From: Tubiluchus corallicola
Lineage: Eukaryota; Animalia; Priapulida
Direction of reading: 5' to 3'
Assembly (NCBI GenBank): GCA_030141605.1
Contig: JAQGDQ010001269.1
Location: forward strand, 1 to 50,856
DNA: 50,856 bases
Positions 1-29,326 of the stretch are shown one piece after another (positions within the stretch are counted from its first letter, which is position 1; each line of letters starts with the position of its first letter). The notes beneath the pieces were generated by a model that saw nothing but the letters and a program-made list of their open reading frames with translations, was not told where the DNA came from and did no database searches. A program made the position numbers and the translations under genes.

Positions 1-35
1 AAAGTAGTCGATCAAAGTTCTGAAAATAAACTGAC

Positions 36-211
36 CTGCTTAGAGCACTTTTCGTTTAGCAGTTTTTCCTTTTCGTATCGTTTATCCTTTTCATTAACAG
101 ATTTTTCTAGAGAGGCTATTCGTTTCTTCTGCTCTCTGATTTTCAACTCATTTTCCTTGAATTCCATTTGAGAGCTGATATCAATCGTCTGACATGGCGG
201 ACTGCAATGTT
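36..211 (-). pseudogene. Duplicate of kinesin exon 13067-13242 with intact splice sites
   Basis: Appears identical to the source exon, same strand as the gene, located downstream of the switch-I exon. Confidence 0.85.
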
Positions 212-373
212 CTAAACATTTTTAAACACTCGTTTATCAGCGGTTAAAAGCATTTCAATCGTGCACTACACAGTTTAGTTTGTTAGAATGAAGCTATTTT
301 AAAATTAATGTACATTTGAAGTTGTAATCGCATACTGTATTTAAGTACTTCATTTTTTTCAATTTAATTTTAA

Positions 374-690
374 CCCTTTCATACCCGTGGGATACGAGAA
401 TATTTTCTGCCTTTAGAATTAATAAAATTTTAAAACTTACAGTTATTTGATCTGTTAATAGTTATTTTGATTTAAGCCAATAACAATAGACTAAAATGGT
501 GATAAAATGGCAAACTAGAAAATCTACATGGCATAAAAAACTGTGCAAGGTACAATACTTTAGAGACGACTTTGTACAGATCAGTATAGCATGCATACTA
601 AATGTCTTATAATGTCAAAAAAATAATTATTATGTGTAAACAAGATGGACATACTGAACAAATTAAAAAAATAATTTGGGACTGAAAGGG
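374..690. mobile_element. piggyBac-type MITE
   Basis: TTAA|CCCTTTCA...TGAAAGGG|TTAA; other copies at 13405-13721 and 24812-25268. Confidence 0.85.
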
Positions 691-949
691 TTAATTTATT
701 TATCTCTGTATAATACTACAATAAAACATGATTAATAAAAGAATCGCTAATAAGTTTTGAAGAATGGTTAAAATGAATAGATAGATCTAGAACTAGAGAA
801 AGGATAGCGAAAAGACTATAAAGTCACCTAGTCTGCTATCCTTTACCGAATATAGATAAAATGATTTTTAGACACTGGTGGGCATTAATGTTGCCAGTTT
901 AATTTAGGAAACATTAATAATTTTAAAATTATGACATTTGCTATATAAT
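691..949 (-). mobile_element. Dispersed repeat, probable retroposon 3' end
   Basis: Reverse complement of 47947-48204, which ends AATAAA plus a (TTGAA)n tail; also duplicated at ~13722-13980. Confidence 0.6.
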
Positions 950-2311
950 CCAGAGAAAAGAATATACATGTAGTTTAATTAGTGGTCAACAAAATAAGGT
1001 CAATCTTGATTAAACTAAAAATTGCATTTAGATTTTATGTGAAATGCAGGTCAAAATTGTTATGAAATGATAAAAACACTTTGGGTTAATAATGCTATTA
1101 ATCAACAACAGGAGTTAAATACATTTTGATTTGAGTTCAACTTCATTATTTCTAGGCTTATTGATTAAAAACAAATCTACTGACTTGGACAATAATACTA
1201 AATAATATAATTCTCAATATACTGATAAGACAAACATTTAGCTATACAGGTTTTTTAGTAATTTTACAAAGGAGAGGTAAGACTTGTGCAATCTGTGAAC
1301 AACACCTATGCATTTATTTGGAATAATAAGCCTATAAAAATGGTTAGACAATTTCTTTGATGTTTGAATCGGTACAAAATACGAGTGACAAATTTATGTG
1401 TTAAAGAATGATTGAATTTGATAGTGATAGAGTTAAATTTTCATACGAAGCTCATAGAAATTAAATCTGTCACACTTTTAATAAATTTGCATTAATAATG
1501 TGATAATGTGTATTGGGTCAATAAAATCAGTCAAATCATGCAATACTTTGCAGAATGGTGAGGCATATGGCATCCTATGTGTTGTAACAGACTAACAGTT
1601 CTCATTGCATCATTAAAGTCACGTCTTTTGTAAGTAATTACCTGACTTGGAGGTCTAATATTTCCTTTTCACTCAGTAGTAATGTGCGTGTTCATTAATA
1701 ACAGCCCTCGGCTATGATGGCAAATGCAATGCATTTAGTTTTAATGGAACCCGGTCTACGTATCTATAGAATTAATTATGGCGATTGTGCCGAAATCACG
1801 TAATGACTTTGGCTGAAAGCGTTGCATTGTGTCTAAAGGTATTTTCACACCTGTGGGGCATCACAGCATAGCGGTAGCATTCTGAATAACGTTTAGGCGA
1901 GTGATTCACTGTATCCATCCGCATGCACGAAGTTATTTGTTCGTGTGAATACGATTTTGCTTTACCGTTGTCTGCTCCTTATTATAATAGTTGCGTGGTA
2001 AGATGTGAACGATGCTTAAGTCAAATTGCAGTAAGAATCGTCTAAACTAAATATGCATCTTCCACATAACATAAATTTTAACATTGTTAAACGTAATGTG
2101 AACAGGTCTATAAACGCAGACCGTTACCTGCACCGGCCCATGTGAGATACGTTGTAATGTAATCATCTGTGTCATTGTTAAATCTAATGTGAACAGGTCT
2201 ATAAATGCAGACCGTTACCTGCACCACCCCATGTGAGATATGTTGTAATGCAATCGTCTGTGTCATTGTTAAACCTAATGTGAACAGGTGTATAAATGCA
2301 GACCGTTACCT

Positions 2312-3711
2312 GCATCGGGTCATCCTTTAAAGAGGTACATTGCTGGTGTTATAAATACACACATAGTCTGTTGTTCCAGCATCGGATCGTCCTTTAAAGA
2401 GGTACATTGCTAGTGTAATAAATACACACATAGTCAGTTGTTCCAGCATCGGGTTATCGTTTAAAGAGGTACATTGCTAGTGTTATAAATACACACATAG
2501 TGAGTTGTTCCAGCATCGGGTCATCCTTTAAAGAGGTACATTGCTAGTGTAATAAATACACACATAGTCTGTTGTTCCAGCATCGGATCGTCCTTTAAAG
2601 AGGTACATTGCTAGTGTAATAAATACACACATAGTCAGTTGTTCTAGCATCGGGTCATCCTTTAAAGAGGTACATTGCTGGTGTTATAAATACACACATA
2701 GTCATTTCACATTACACATTTACAATAGTTTCATGCACAATATCTAGTGAAAGGGCCTACAATGAACATAATACAAATAAGTTTTTATTGTTTCTGCACA
2801 AGAAAAGCCTCGAACACTGTTCACCTGTATACAAATGTAAATGTGTTGCGGGCAATGAAAAAGCAGGGCTTGTTAGATTGTCCCACACAGTGAAAGAAGA
2901 AAAAAAGTAATGGAAATAATCTGAAAATTTAAAGTGAATCGTATGATAAAAAAACATTTAGTGCTTAAAATGGAATGATGTAATGAATGAAGCTCATATA
3001 TGAAGTTCAAAATTATTTGACAAAGGACTTCCCAAAAGTTAACGTTATTATAAGAGTGATAAAATACAATTATCTTTGACACTGCAAATTAAATTTATTA
3101 ACCTGACAGTTTCCTGTGACGTATTTTAGGTATCTGATGCGCTAAGATTGATAGTTGCAAAATCAGCTGCCAATGAAAAACGCGTAGCAGAACTTAGAGA
3201 ATTGTACAGCAGACAAGCGCTTGAGAGAAAGTTACTACACAATCAGGTAAAGATGTTTAAAATCAACTTCAGCAATTTTCACCAGTAGCTCAAAATCACT
3301 AAGTTATCATTAAAGGAAAAGTGCAACGTTTTTCTCCATTTTCAAGTTGGAGAATGAGTTTTTGAATAAGTTCAAAAAGTTTTGTTAAAAATAAAAAATA
3401 ACGCCTTTACACCTCTGGAAGCTCAAAATCATCAATGTCTCATTAAAGGACAAATAAACACTTTTTTACCAATGTAAGCCAACACACAGCTTAAGCTTAT
3501 AAAATTCTTACGGTAGATCCATGACTTTTCCCCTACATACAAAGTGTCTTTTTACTTAAGCACAAGTCTAATATTCCTCATTTATGCACAAGCCGAAAAA
3601 ATGCTAACTTCTAAGTAGAACCACAAAGAAACCTACATGTTTTATGAAACCTTCGTAAAAATTAAAATGAAACATGACATTCTTAATTATATTCAGTCAT
3701 TAAATTTTTGA
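2312..3711 (-). repeat. Inverted duplicate of 7886-9285
   Basis: Paired coordinates sum to 11597 (mirror ORFs 2757-2957 and 8640-8840); about 5 substitutions seen in 1.4 kb; includes ~6 inverted 67-bp units. Confidence 0.97.
3130..3246 (+). pseudogene. Antisense-oriented copy of kinesin neck exon 8351-8467
   Basis: tag|VSDALRLIVAKSAANEKR...LLHNQ|gtaaag; NA changed to KS relative to the source. Confidence 0.88.
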
Positions 3712-3962
3712 CCAGTCATATAATCATACGTGTTTCAACAAATTCATTCTAATAACACTCTGGTCTAGTTGACGCTGCTGAGTAGTTTTGGGTTTCAGCA
3801 TGTCAGCCTTAAACTGAAGGTTGTGAATCTGACTACGACACACTGAACTGTACAATAGTAGTGTCACATCTTAATCTGTATGATTGTAAGCAAAGGTGCT
3901 GTAGAATTCCTTTGAGATTCATATAAGGTTTCTTTGCTTTTTGGGATTGTAAAAAACTAGCA

Positions 3963-4183
<221 letters not shown>

Positions 4184-4333
4184 GAGAAGAAGAAAAAGAA
4201 GAGCAACAACACAGTAGCAGCAGCGGTGGCAGCGACGGTGACGATAGCTACAATAACAGGTGAAGGTTTCTGTAAATATTAATCTTTTGATCATGCTTTT
4301 ACTATGCACTCATGCAATTATAAACTTACTAAC

Positions 4334-22479
<18,146 letters not shown>

Positions 22480-22741
22480 CTCGGCTAGGCTTACTAGTTT
22501 AAAACGTTTCCTGCTCTAGTTAAGTTCTCTAAGTTGATCTGACTTAGAGAAGCAAGTTGTTACACACCTCAGAGGGACGACTACTCCATATTTAACAACC
22601 GGATTCTATAGTAATTTAATGACAGATCAATTGTCATTAAGTCAGTAATGTGATTTAAAATAAAATTATCAAAAAATTTATTCTACTTAATTATGCTTTT
22701 CCCGTAGCACTTATTGCTTTTCTAGTCTTTTTAACACTGTA

Positions 22742-22790
22742 AATAATAATAATGATAATGATGATAATGATGGTGATGATGATGATGATG

Positions 22791-22867
<77 letters not shown>

Positions 22868-22911
22868 AACGACCACGACAACGACAACGACAACGACAAC
22901 AACAATAATAA
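22742..22911. repeat. Compound (AAT)/(GAT)/(GACAAC)/(GACCAC) microsatellite
   Basis: Directly visible. Confidence 0.95.
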
Positions 22912-24171
22912 TCGATTATTGATACTGCAGCAAAACAACTAAACTCATTGCTTCGTTCAGCCTAGCTGTTATAGTCATTTAGCTTTCTGTCCGATAAATA
23001 CACATTCACAACTAAAGATCCATTAATTCTAGCCAAGTGATCACAAATACATATCGCCAAATAAATTACCATCGGAGGCACAGCATCGAATGAATTTTCG
23101 CGTATTACATACACCGCTAACGATTTATTCCAGGCGTATTTTACAGGACGCATGTAAATTTTAATCCCTCTATGCTGTCGAATACATGGAAATTGCTGTT
23201 TTTGCGTGCTGAAACAGCTTGAAATTCATCTTAGCTTCCAGAGCGATCGACGGTTTTCAACAAAAATTGGCTTCCAAGCTTGATTTGAACGGTCATTACA
23301 TTTTACGTAATCAATGCTACTAATTATGATTTATTAAGCGTATCCGCGGAGGTTGTAAATCAGCTTTCCAATGGTTTCACTAGCGCTTAGGCTACTGTGC
23401 TTTCTGAAAGCACGCTGAAGCCATAATTTTTGCGGTACCCAGGTGTGTCTTCGACCTGCAAATTTCAGGTCTTCTTATGATGTGCGCGTTACAGATGCGC
23501 GTACAAAAATTGTTGTAATTTGTCATAATTGTAATTCCTGCGACCTCTTCATTATCATATTGCACTACGGGGCTGTGGTGAAATGAAATGTAATGCTGGC
23601 AGGGAATACAGTAGATTTTCTCAGGTGTGCGTGTGAACGTGGCTTTATCTGCCACAGACTCGTATTCTGACCTTGTCTTAGTGAAAGCCACTAGTCACGT
23701 GCACACCTGAGCTTACACAAAGGGAAGGTCTGCTGTAGACCCTTGTCAGAGGTCGTGTCTTTCATTGCAGCTCTGTTCACATTTCACAGACTTTGCCGCA
23801 AACTCCGTTCTTCTAGGTAAGCTGTTTGTTCCTTATTGGGGGTGTGATATGTAGTAATAAAATTGTCATTTCGACTCCCTTGTTCGGGTTCTGTTTTGGG
23901 TTTGGTGTTGAAGGACTTAATTGGGACATGCCGCATGGTGTGGGCCGCGGTGCCATCCGTCCTGCCTCCGTTAAAAGTGGACAGCAGTACAATATCTTGA
24001 TGAAAACCGGACAGCTATAACAATGACAGCGCTTAAATATATATTTTGCTTTTGGAGAACTGTCACAATGCCACTATTTTTGTATTTTATGTTAATTTAT
24101 TTATTTCATAAATCATAATTTATCTCTGAAAGCTGCTAGCTGCGAATTAGAGGTAGATGCTACAGCTTTGT

Positions 24172-24745
24172 AATCTTACCATCGCCACTAAACTGCAGGT
24201 GTACAAGCAATGCATCATTCCGCAGCTTACCTATGGTCAGGAAACGTGGACGCTCTATCAAGATCAGGTCAGGTCTCTTCGTGCGGTTCAGCAGAGACAT
24301 CTGCGTCACATCCTTCGTATTCGCTGGGACGACTATGTGCCAAACGAAGACGTGCTGGCTCGTGCCAAGATGGAGGATATCGAGGTTACGCTTACTAAGG
24401 CTCAACTTCGGTGGTTTGGGCATGTGGTCAGAATGAACGATAAGAGACCGACAAAGGCTCTTCTTCATGGAGAACTAACCAGTGGCTCTCGCAGTGTTGG
24501 TCGTCCTCTCCTTCGCTTCAAGGACAAGGTGAAGTTCTCTCTGAGGAAAGGTGGAGAGTTGGACAAGTTGCCTTTCGAAGTTCACGACCGTCCGGCATGG
24601 AGATCCCTAGTCAACAACTGTGCCGAAAAACTCGATGAAGAAAGACGGATGCTTGGATATGCAAGAAGGTTCAAGTCGTGGATAAGAGATGGTTTCATGG
24701 ACATCTGACTCGCACTGATTTAGCCGTATCGGCTTCGACGTTGTA
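24172..24745 (+). mobile_element. 5'-truncated RTE LINE with open C-terminal ORF
   Basis: TKLQVY...LTYGQETW...LRHILRIRWDDYVPNEDVL...QLRWFGHVVRM...GRPLLRFKD; TSD CTACA(G/T)CTTTGT at 24160-24171 and 24746-24757. Confidence 0.92.
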
Positions 24746-24811
24746 CTACATCTTTGTGCTGAAATCAGTAGATTAATTTCCGCATCCGCGTTAGATAGGG
24801 AATGCTCTTAA

Positions 24812-25268
24812 CCCTTTTATACCCATTGTATCCCGTGGGATACAAGAATATTTTCTGCCTTTAAAATTAATAAAATTTTAAAACTGACAATTATTTGATC
24901 TGTTAATAGTTATTTTGATTTAAGCCAATAAGAATAGACTAAAAATAGTGATAAAATGGCAAACTAGAAAATCTACATAGCATAAAAAACTGTGCAAGGT
25001 ACAGTACTTTAGAGACGACTTTGTACAGATCAGCATAGCGTGCATACTAAATGTCTTAAATACTTTAAAAAATTATCAGCAATTGCAAAATGAAGCACAT
25101 TTTAGGGTTCCATTGAATCCCAATGTATCCCGTGGGATACAAGCTATATTTAGCGCACGGGCACAGGTAGAAAAAAAATTATTGTGTGTAGACGATATGG
25201 ACATATTGAACAAAAGTACCAAGCCAAAAAATTTTTCTTATTAAAAAAATAATTTGTGACTGAAAGGG
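24812..25268. mobile_element. piggyBac-type MITE, longer variant
   Basis: TTAA|CCCTTT...TGAAAGGG|TTAA; two internal palindromes TGTATCCC-GT-GGGATACA. Confidence 0.87.
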
Positions 25269-26318
25269 TTAAAGGCGTCTGCTCAATTAACAGGGCTATA
25301 GTCTATACATATAACTTAAAACATTATTATATGTATTAAGTAATTGTAACGGCTGTTACTTGACGATGGTAAATCTGTTAACTAATTTCGTACGCACAAC
25401 TGTGAAAAGCAGCGCAAAATTATATTTTTGTAAGTTTTTATTATCGGTTTTACTTTTTACCCAACAGATGGCGCAACGTGGATAAAAGTTATGATAAAAG
25501 TGGTTTCAGTTAATTAGTGGTTGATAATAAAAACAAATATGGTAAATAGTTGTACCTTTTGGTTTGTAGCAGCGTTATTTATAGTATATAGTATATAGGT
25601 ATAGTTATATAGGTATATAGCGTATATAGGTGTAGTTTCAATTTATCAGTCAGAGTAATACAATTACGTAAGAAGTGTGTGCAAACTTATGAGTATTATA
25701 TAGTTTAGCTTTTGACTACAGATGGCGCAAGAATATCATCGACGATATCGATGATGACGTAGCACGCTCATCGATTATGGAGTACCGTTATATGATTGCG
25801 TCCACCTGCAATATTTAATATTTTTCTCGCAACTGCTACACAGAGTCATAATTGTACAAAAAAATCCAAAATCTTGAACTCAAATTTTTTATACATCAAA
25901 ATTTTTTTCCGATACGTTTTTGTCTCCAAGATTTCTTACCTTTAATAAGCATTATTGTTGTCAATAAAGTTGCAAAACCGCTATGTTCTATGACCGTTAT
26001 TTGGGTTCAATAATAAATTTTGTTAATTCTGTTTATAAACTGCAACAACGTTAATAACAATAGTAGAAAATTTGTTGGAAAACAACATGGAAACTGTTTT
26101 TCGTTATTTGGAATTAAAATGTCAGAAAGTGTACAAAAATTTCAAAGAACGCGAAGATTAACATGGTGCAGTCGGGTTGCTGTATTTAACTATGAACAAA
26201 CTGCTCATTTAGTAGCCATTACTAATGGAAAATGCAGCAGTATGACTACCATCTTTAGTTGCCAATTTCCAACCCTGTCAGAGAATGTTCATATTTTTTT
26301 TTACAATAATGTTTAATA

Positions 26319-26680
26319 TATGGTTGGCATCCTTGTGTCTCGGAAGACAAGGAAGTGTGCACCAAGAGATTAGAACGTCTCCAGGGCGCACGCCTGGGCA
26401 AGGTGTATGGAGATCCTGAGTTGCCCAGGAACCCCCTCTCTTCCTTCCAGGTGTAGTGCAAAGGAAACCCGAGCGATACGTTTGGCACCAGGTTGGCTGC
26501 AGGAGCTGCCAGAGTCAGTGAGCATGCTGCACTGGTCCGCCTTCGGGGCTCCACTCCTGATTTGGAAGGTTTACTCCTCTACACATGGCCGTTGGGTCAC
26601 TTGACCGCCTCCGCTCTCTAGCCGTTGGCTGCTTGTGCAGCTCCTCCGCCTAGTGTCGAGATGCAGTGTGGGCATTCCGC
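26319..26680 (-). mobile_element. Non-autonomous bipartite RTE-derived element without a 5S head
   Basis: Homologous to 4661-4995; RTE-type 3' end GTCTTCCGAGACACAAGGATGCCAA; 14-bp TSD AATAA(TG/CA)TTTAATA at 26305-26318 and 26681-26694. Confidence 0.82.
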
Positions 26681-27484
26681 AATAACATTTAATAACAGTG
26701 GGGATAAATTATTATACCTATAAGTTTAGTCTTTAAAATTTGTTAATATAAAACGAATTTTTCGCGAAACTTGGAAACAATTCCGCGCAAGTGCAGAATT
26801 AGTTCCGTAAAGAATGTAAGGGGATTTAGAACAATCTCGGTAAATCCCGTATGATACATTGACGCATCTCTACAAAATCATTTAGGCATCACCTAGCTTT
26901 AACCTGCAGTGATATTGGAAAGCGATTTCAATTACGCGTAGCGGGAATTCCGAGTAAAGAAGCCCAGTAGCCGGTAGCGGGTGATCACGTGACCGACTGG
27001 CTTCGTGGAGGTTGGACATAGTTCAGCTGAATCATAGTTTATTATCGCTGCGTGTTTACGGTGAATCACGTATGAGCTTGCAGAAAACTTTGCTGTCTCA
27101 CACTTGAGTCACGTAGCTATAATACCGATAGTGAAACCGTAAACAAGTTAAGATGAGTCAAACTAGAAAAGAATCCGATTTTGGAGGTGGTCTAAATGAC
27201 ATCATCCGGACGTGCACCCCTTGATCAGTGTACTGGCTGTTACACTTAAGAGGAATCCGGCCCACCCATACAAGATTAATATCTTATCTAGATGCGCAAT
27301 TGTGTAGGATTGAGCACAGGTGTGCACAGTTTTAGATTGAAATTCATGAGATAAATAAATAAATACTAATAAACCCTCTCTGTAAAATCATTATTTTGCG
27401 TTATTGCAGCTGTAGCCAATAGGGCATGTATCATGCCAGTCGGTTATAGTTTACAATCTGTTTGGATAAACTCTAACTTTGCAA

Positions 27485-27508
27485 CTCTCTCTCTCTCTCT
27501 GTCTCTCT

Positions 27509-27577
<69 letters not shown>

Positions 27578-27749
27578 CTATCTCTCTCTGTCTCTCTCTC
27601 TCTTGCTCTCTCTCTCTCTCTGTCTCTGTGTCTCTCTCTCTCTTTCTCTTTCTTTCTTTCTCCCTGTCGCTCTCCCTCTCTTAGTCTCTCGCACTCACTC
27701 CTCTCTCTTTTTCTTTCCCTCCTTTCCTCTCTCCTCCTCCCTCTCTCTC

Positions 27750-27811
<62 letters not shown>

Positions 27812-27818
27812 CTCTCTC
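27485..27818. repeat. (CT)n polypyrimidine tract
   Basis: Directly visible. Confidence 0.97.
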
Positions 27819-28669
27819 AACCCTGCAAATAGAAATTAATTGCATTTAATGAATTTATTTTTAAGTTAGATCATTGTCTGATAGTATATGTAAACGTAAT
27901 TTGTTTATTACTTTTAATAGGCTGTCTCATGCTCGCCATGTATCTTGCATGCGAATGTAAACATTATTCTTTTATCACGTATTAAACTTATTTATGATTA
28001 TTCTCTCTAATCTTTTTTAATGTATGCAAATAAGATACCAGTAAATGTATGAACGATTAAATTAATAAATGACTGACTGAATGACTAACTGGTTGAACTG
28101 ACTAAATACAGGAATAAACGGTCATATTACTCATTTCTGCTGTCCGATGTCTGTAAAATTCGTTCAGGCCTATTTATTTTAACATACATCCACGTTTTTA
28201 CGCAAAATTAAGTAAATAAACAAGCAAATTTGCGTATTACATTACATAAATAATTCTACAATGTATACTAGTTCCTTCTGGGCTACCAGTAGTCTATAAA
28301 CATAACTTTGGGTTTTCCCAGGACCTAGTATAGATGTACTTCTGACGAAACGTCTAGGAATACCCCGTTACTTTTAAATTTGTGGGCAAAACAAAGAACT
28401 AATGGAAAATGCCCAAACAACAGAGGTCGACATATAAGTTTATTCGCCTCTTTTTTAAATGCAGATCATTCAACCTTAAAATTAGTTAATAAAAAACATA
28501 ATTTTTTTGCAATTCGTTAATAAAAAAACGAATTTTGTCTAAAAGTTAGAACCAATTTCCACGTAAGTGAAGGATTAGTTCGGTAAATAATATAGGGGGA
28601 TGTTTTTTCTAAAACGTGCACGTTAACCAAGCCTAGTTTTCTTTGACATTTAATTCAGCGAAATATTAA

Positions 28670-29125
28670 AAGGCGGACGTCACGTGCAAAAAACCTTAAT
28701 GTTTTCTCAATGACTGGGAAACTGTGCTCCCGGAATCCCAAGCTGCAGCTTATTGGCTGAGTGAACTCCACCCCCACGTCTGATTGGTTAACAGCTTACC
28801 CTGCGTCACGATTCCACGTACGACGTAGATTTTCATGTGAAGTCTGCGTATAATAGAATTTTGTGTTCATCCGCATGTAGTTCCTGTAGTTAGCGTTTAT
28901 TTTTCGCAATTAGAAACAAATAATGAAATTTTTTTTCCATTATTGTCGAAAGTATTGCATGTTCTATAATGCTGTTTTACAAAACTTTTCATGAAACGCT
29001 GAATTTTGCAAGCTAAGTGTACCAGACGTTCTGGCTGTTCGCCAGGGGTAAAGGCCAGACGGTTTGCGCAGTGATTTCAACGGCTGGTATATAGCGCGCG
29101 CGCTGAAGCATTCAAGCTCAGATTC
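28670..29125 (+). promoter_or_regulatory. Putative PIM promoter
   Basis: TATATAG at 29088 with Inr-like TCAGAT ~30 bp downstream (29118); GACGTCACGTG (CRE/E-box) at 28676; reverse CCAAT (ATTGG) at ~28752 and ~28783; CpG-rich. Confidence 0.5.
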
Positions 29126-29244
29126 ATACATAGCAGGTTTCTAGTGAAGGTGGTTGACAGTCTTGTTCGTAGATAGAAGATTATAATACATGATTTGCTT
29201 TGTTATCATTGTGAGAGACTACTACATATTCGCACACATGTACG

Positions 29245-29326
29245 ATGCTTGGGAATAAGATATCAAATTTTACTATGTTTTCTCCAACGTCTAACATGAA
29301 TTTCACTGCAGAGAAAGAGCGTCAAG
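29245..29326 (+). CDS. pim: PIM exon 1
   Basis: [28 protein letters not shown]|gtaatt; 82 bp. Confidence 0.82.

Larger units (their letters stand above)
1..2314 (+). repeat. Direct segmental duplicate of 13032-15345 (probably extends beyond the left edge)
   Basis: Colinear at offset 13031, about 99% identical by eye, with differences concentrated at ~360-1300. Confidence 0.97.

Noticed and set aside
26400-26680. HDV-like ribozyme at the RTE-derived 5' end
   Set aside because: I could not assign the nested double pseudoknot by eye; only a simple hairpin is supported
28340-28360. Hammerhead core CTGACGA..GAAAC
   Set aside because: The two core motifs overlap with no stem II between them
26710-28600. 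Diverged ~120-bp similarity between ~26710-26826 and ~28435-28600
   Set aside because: Too degenerate and AT-rich to define; likely an old repeat
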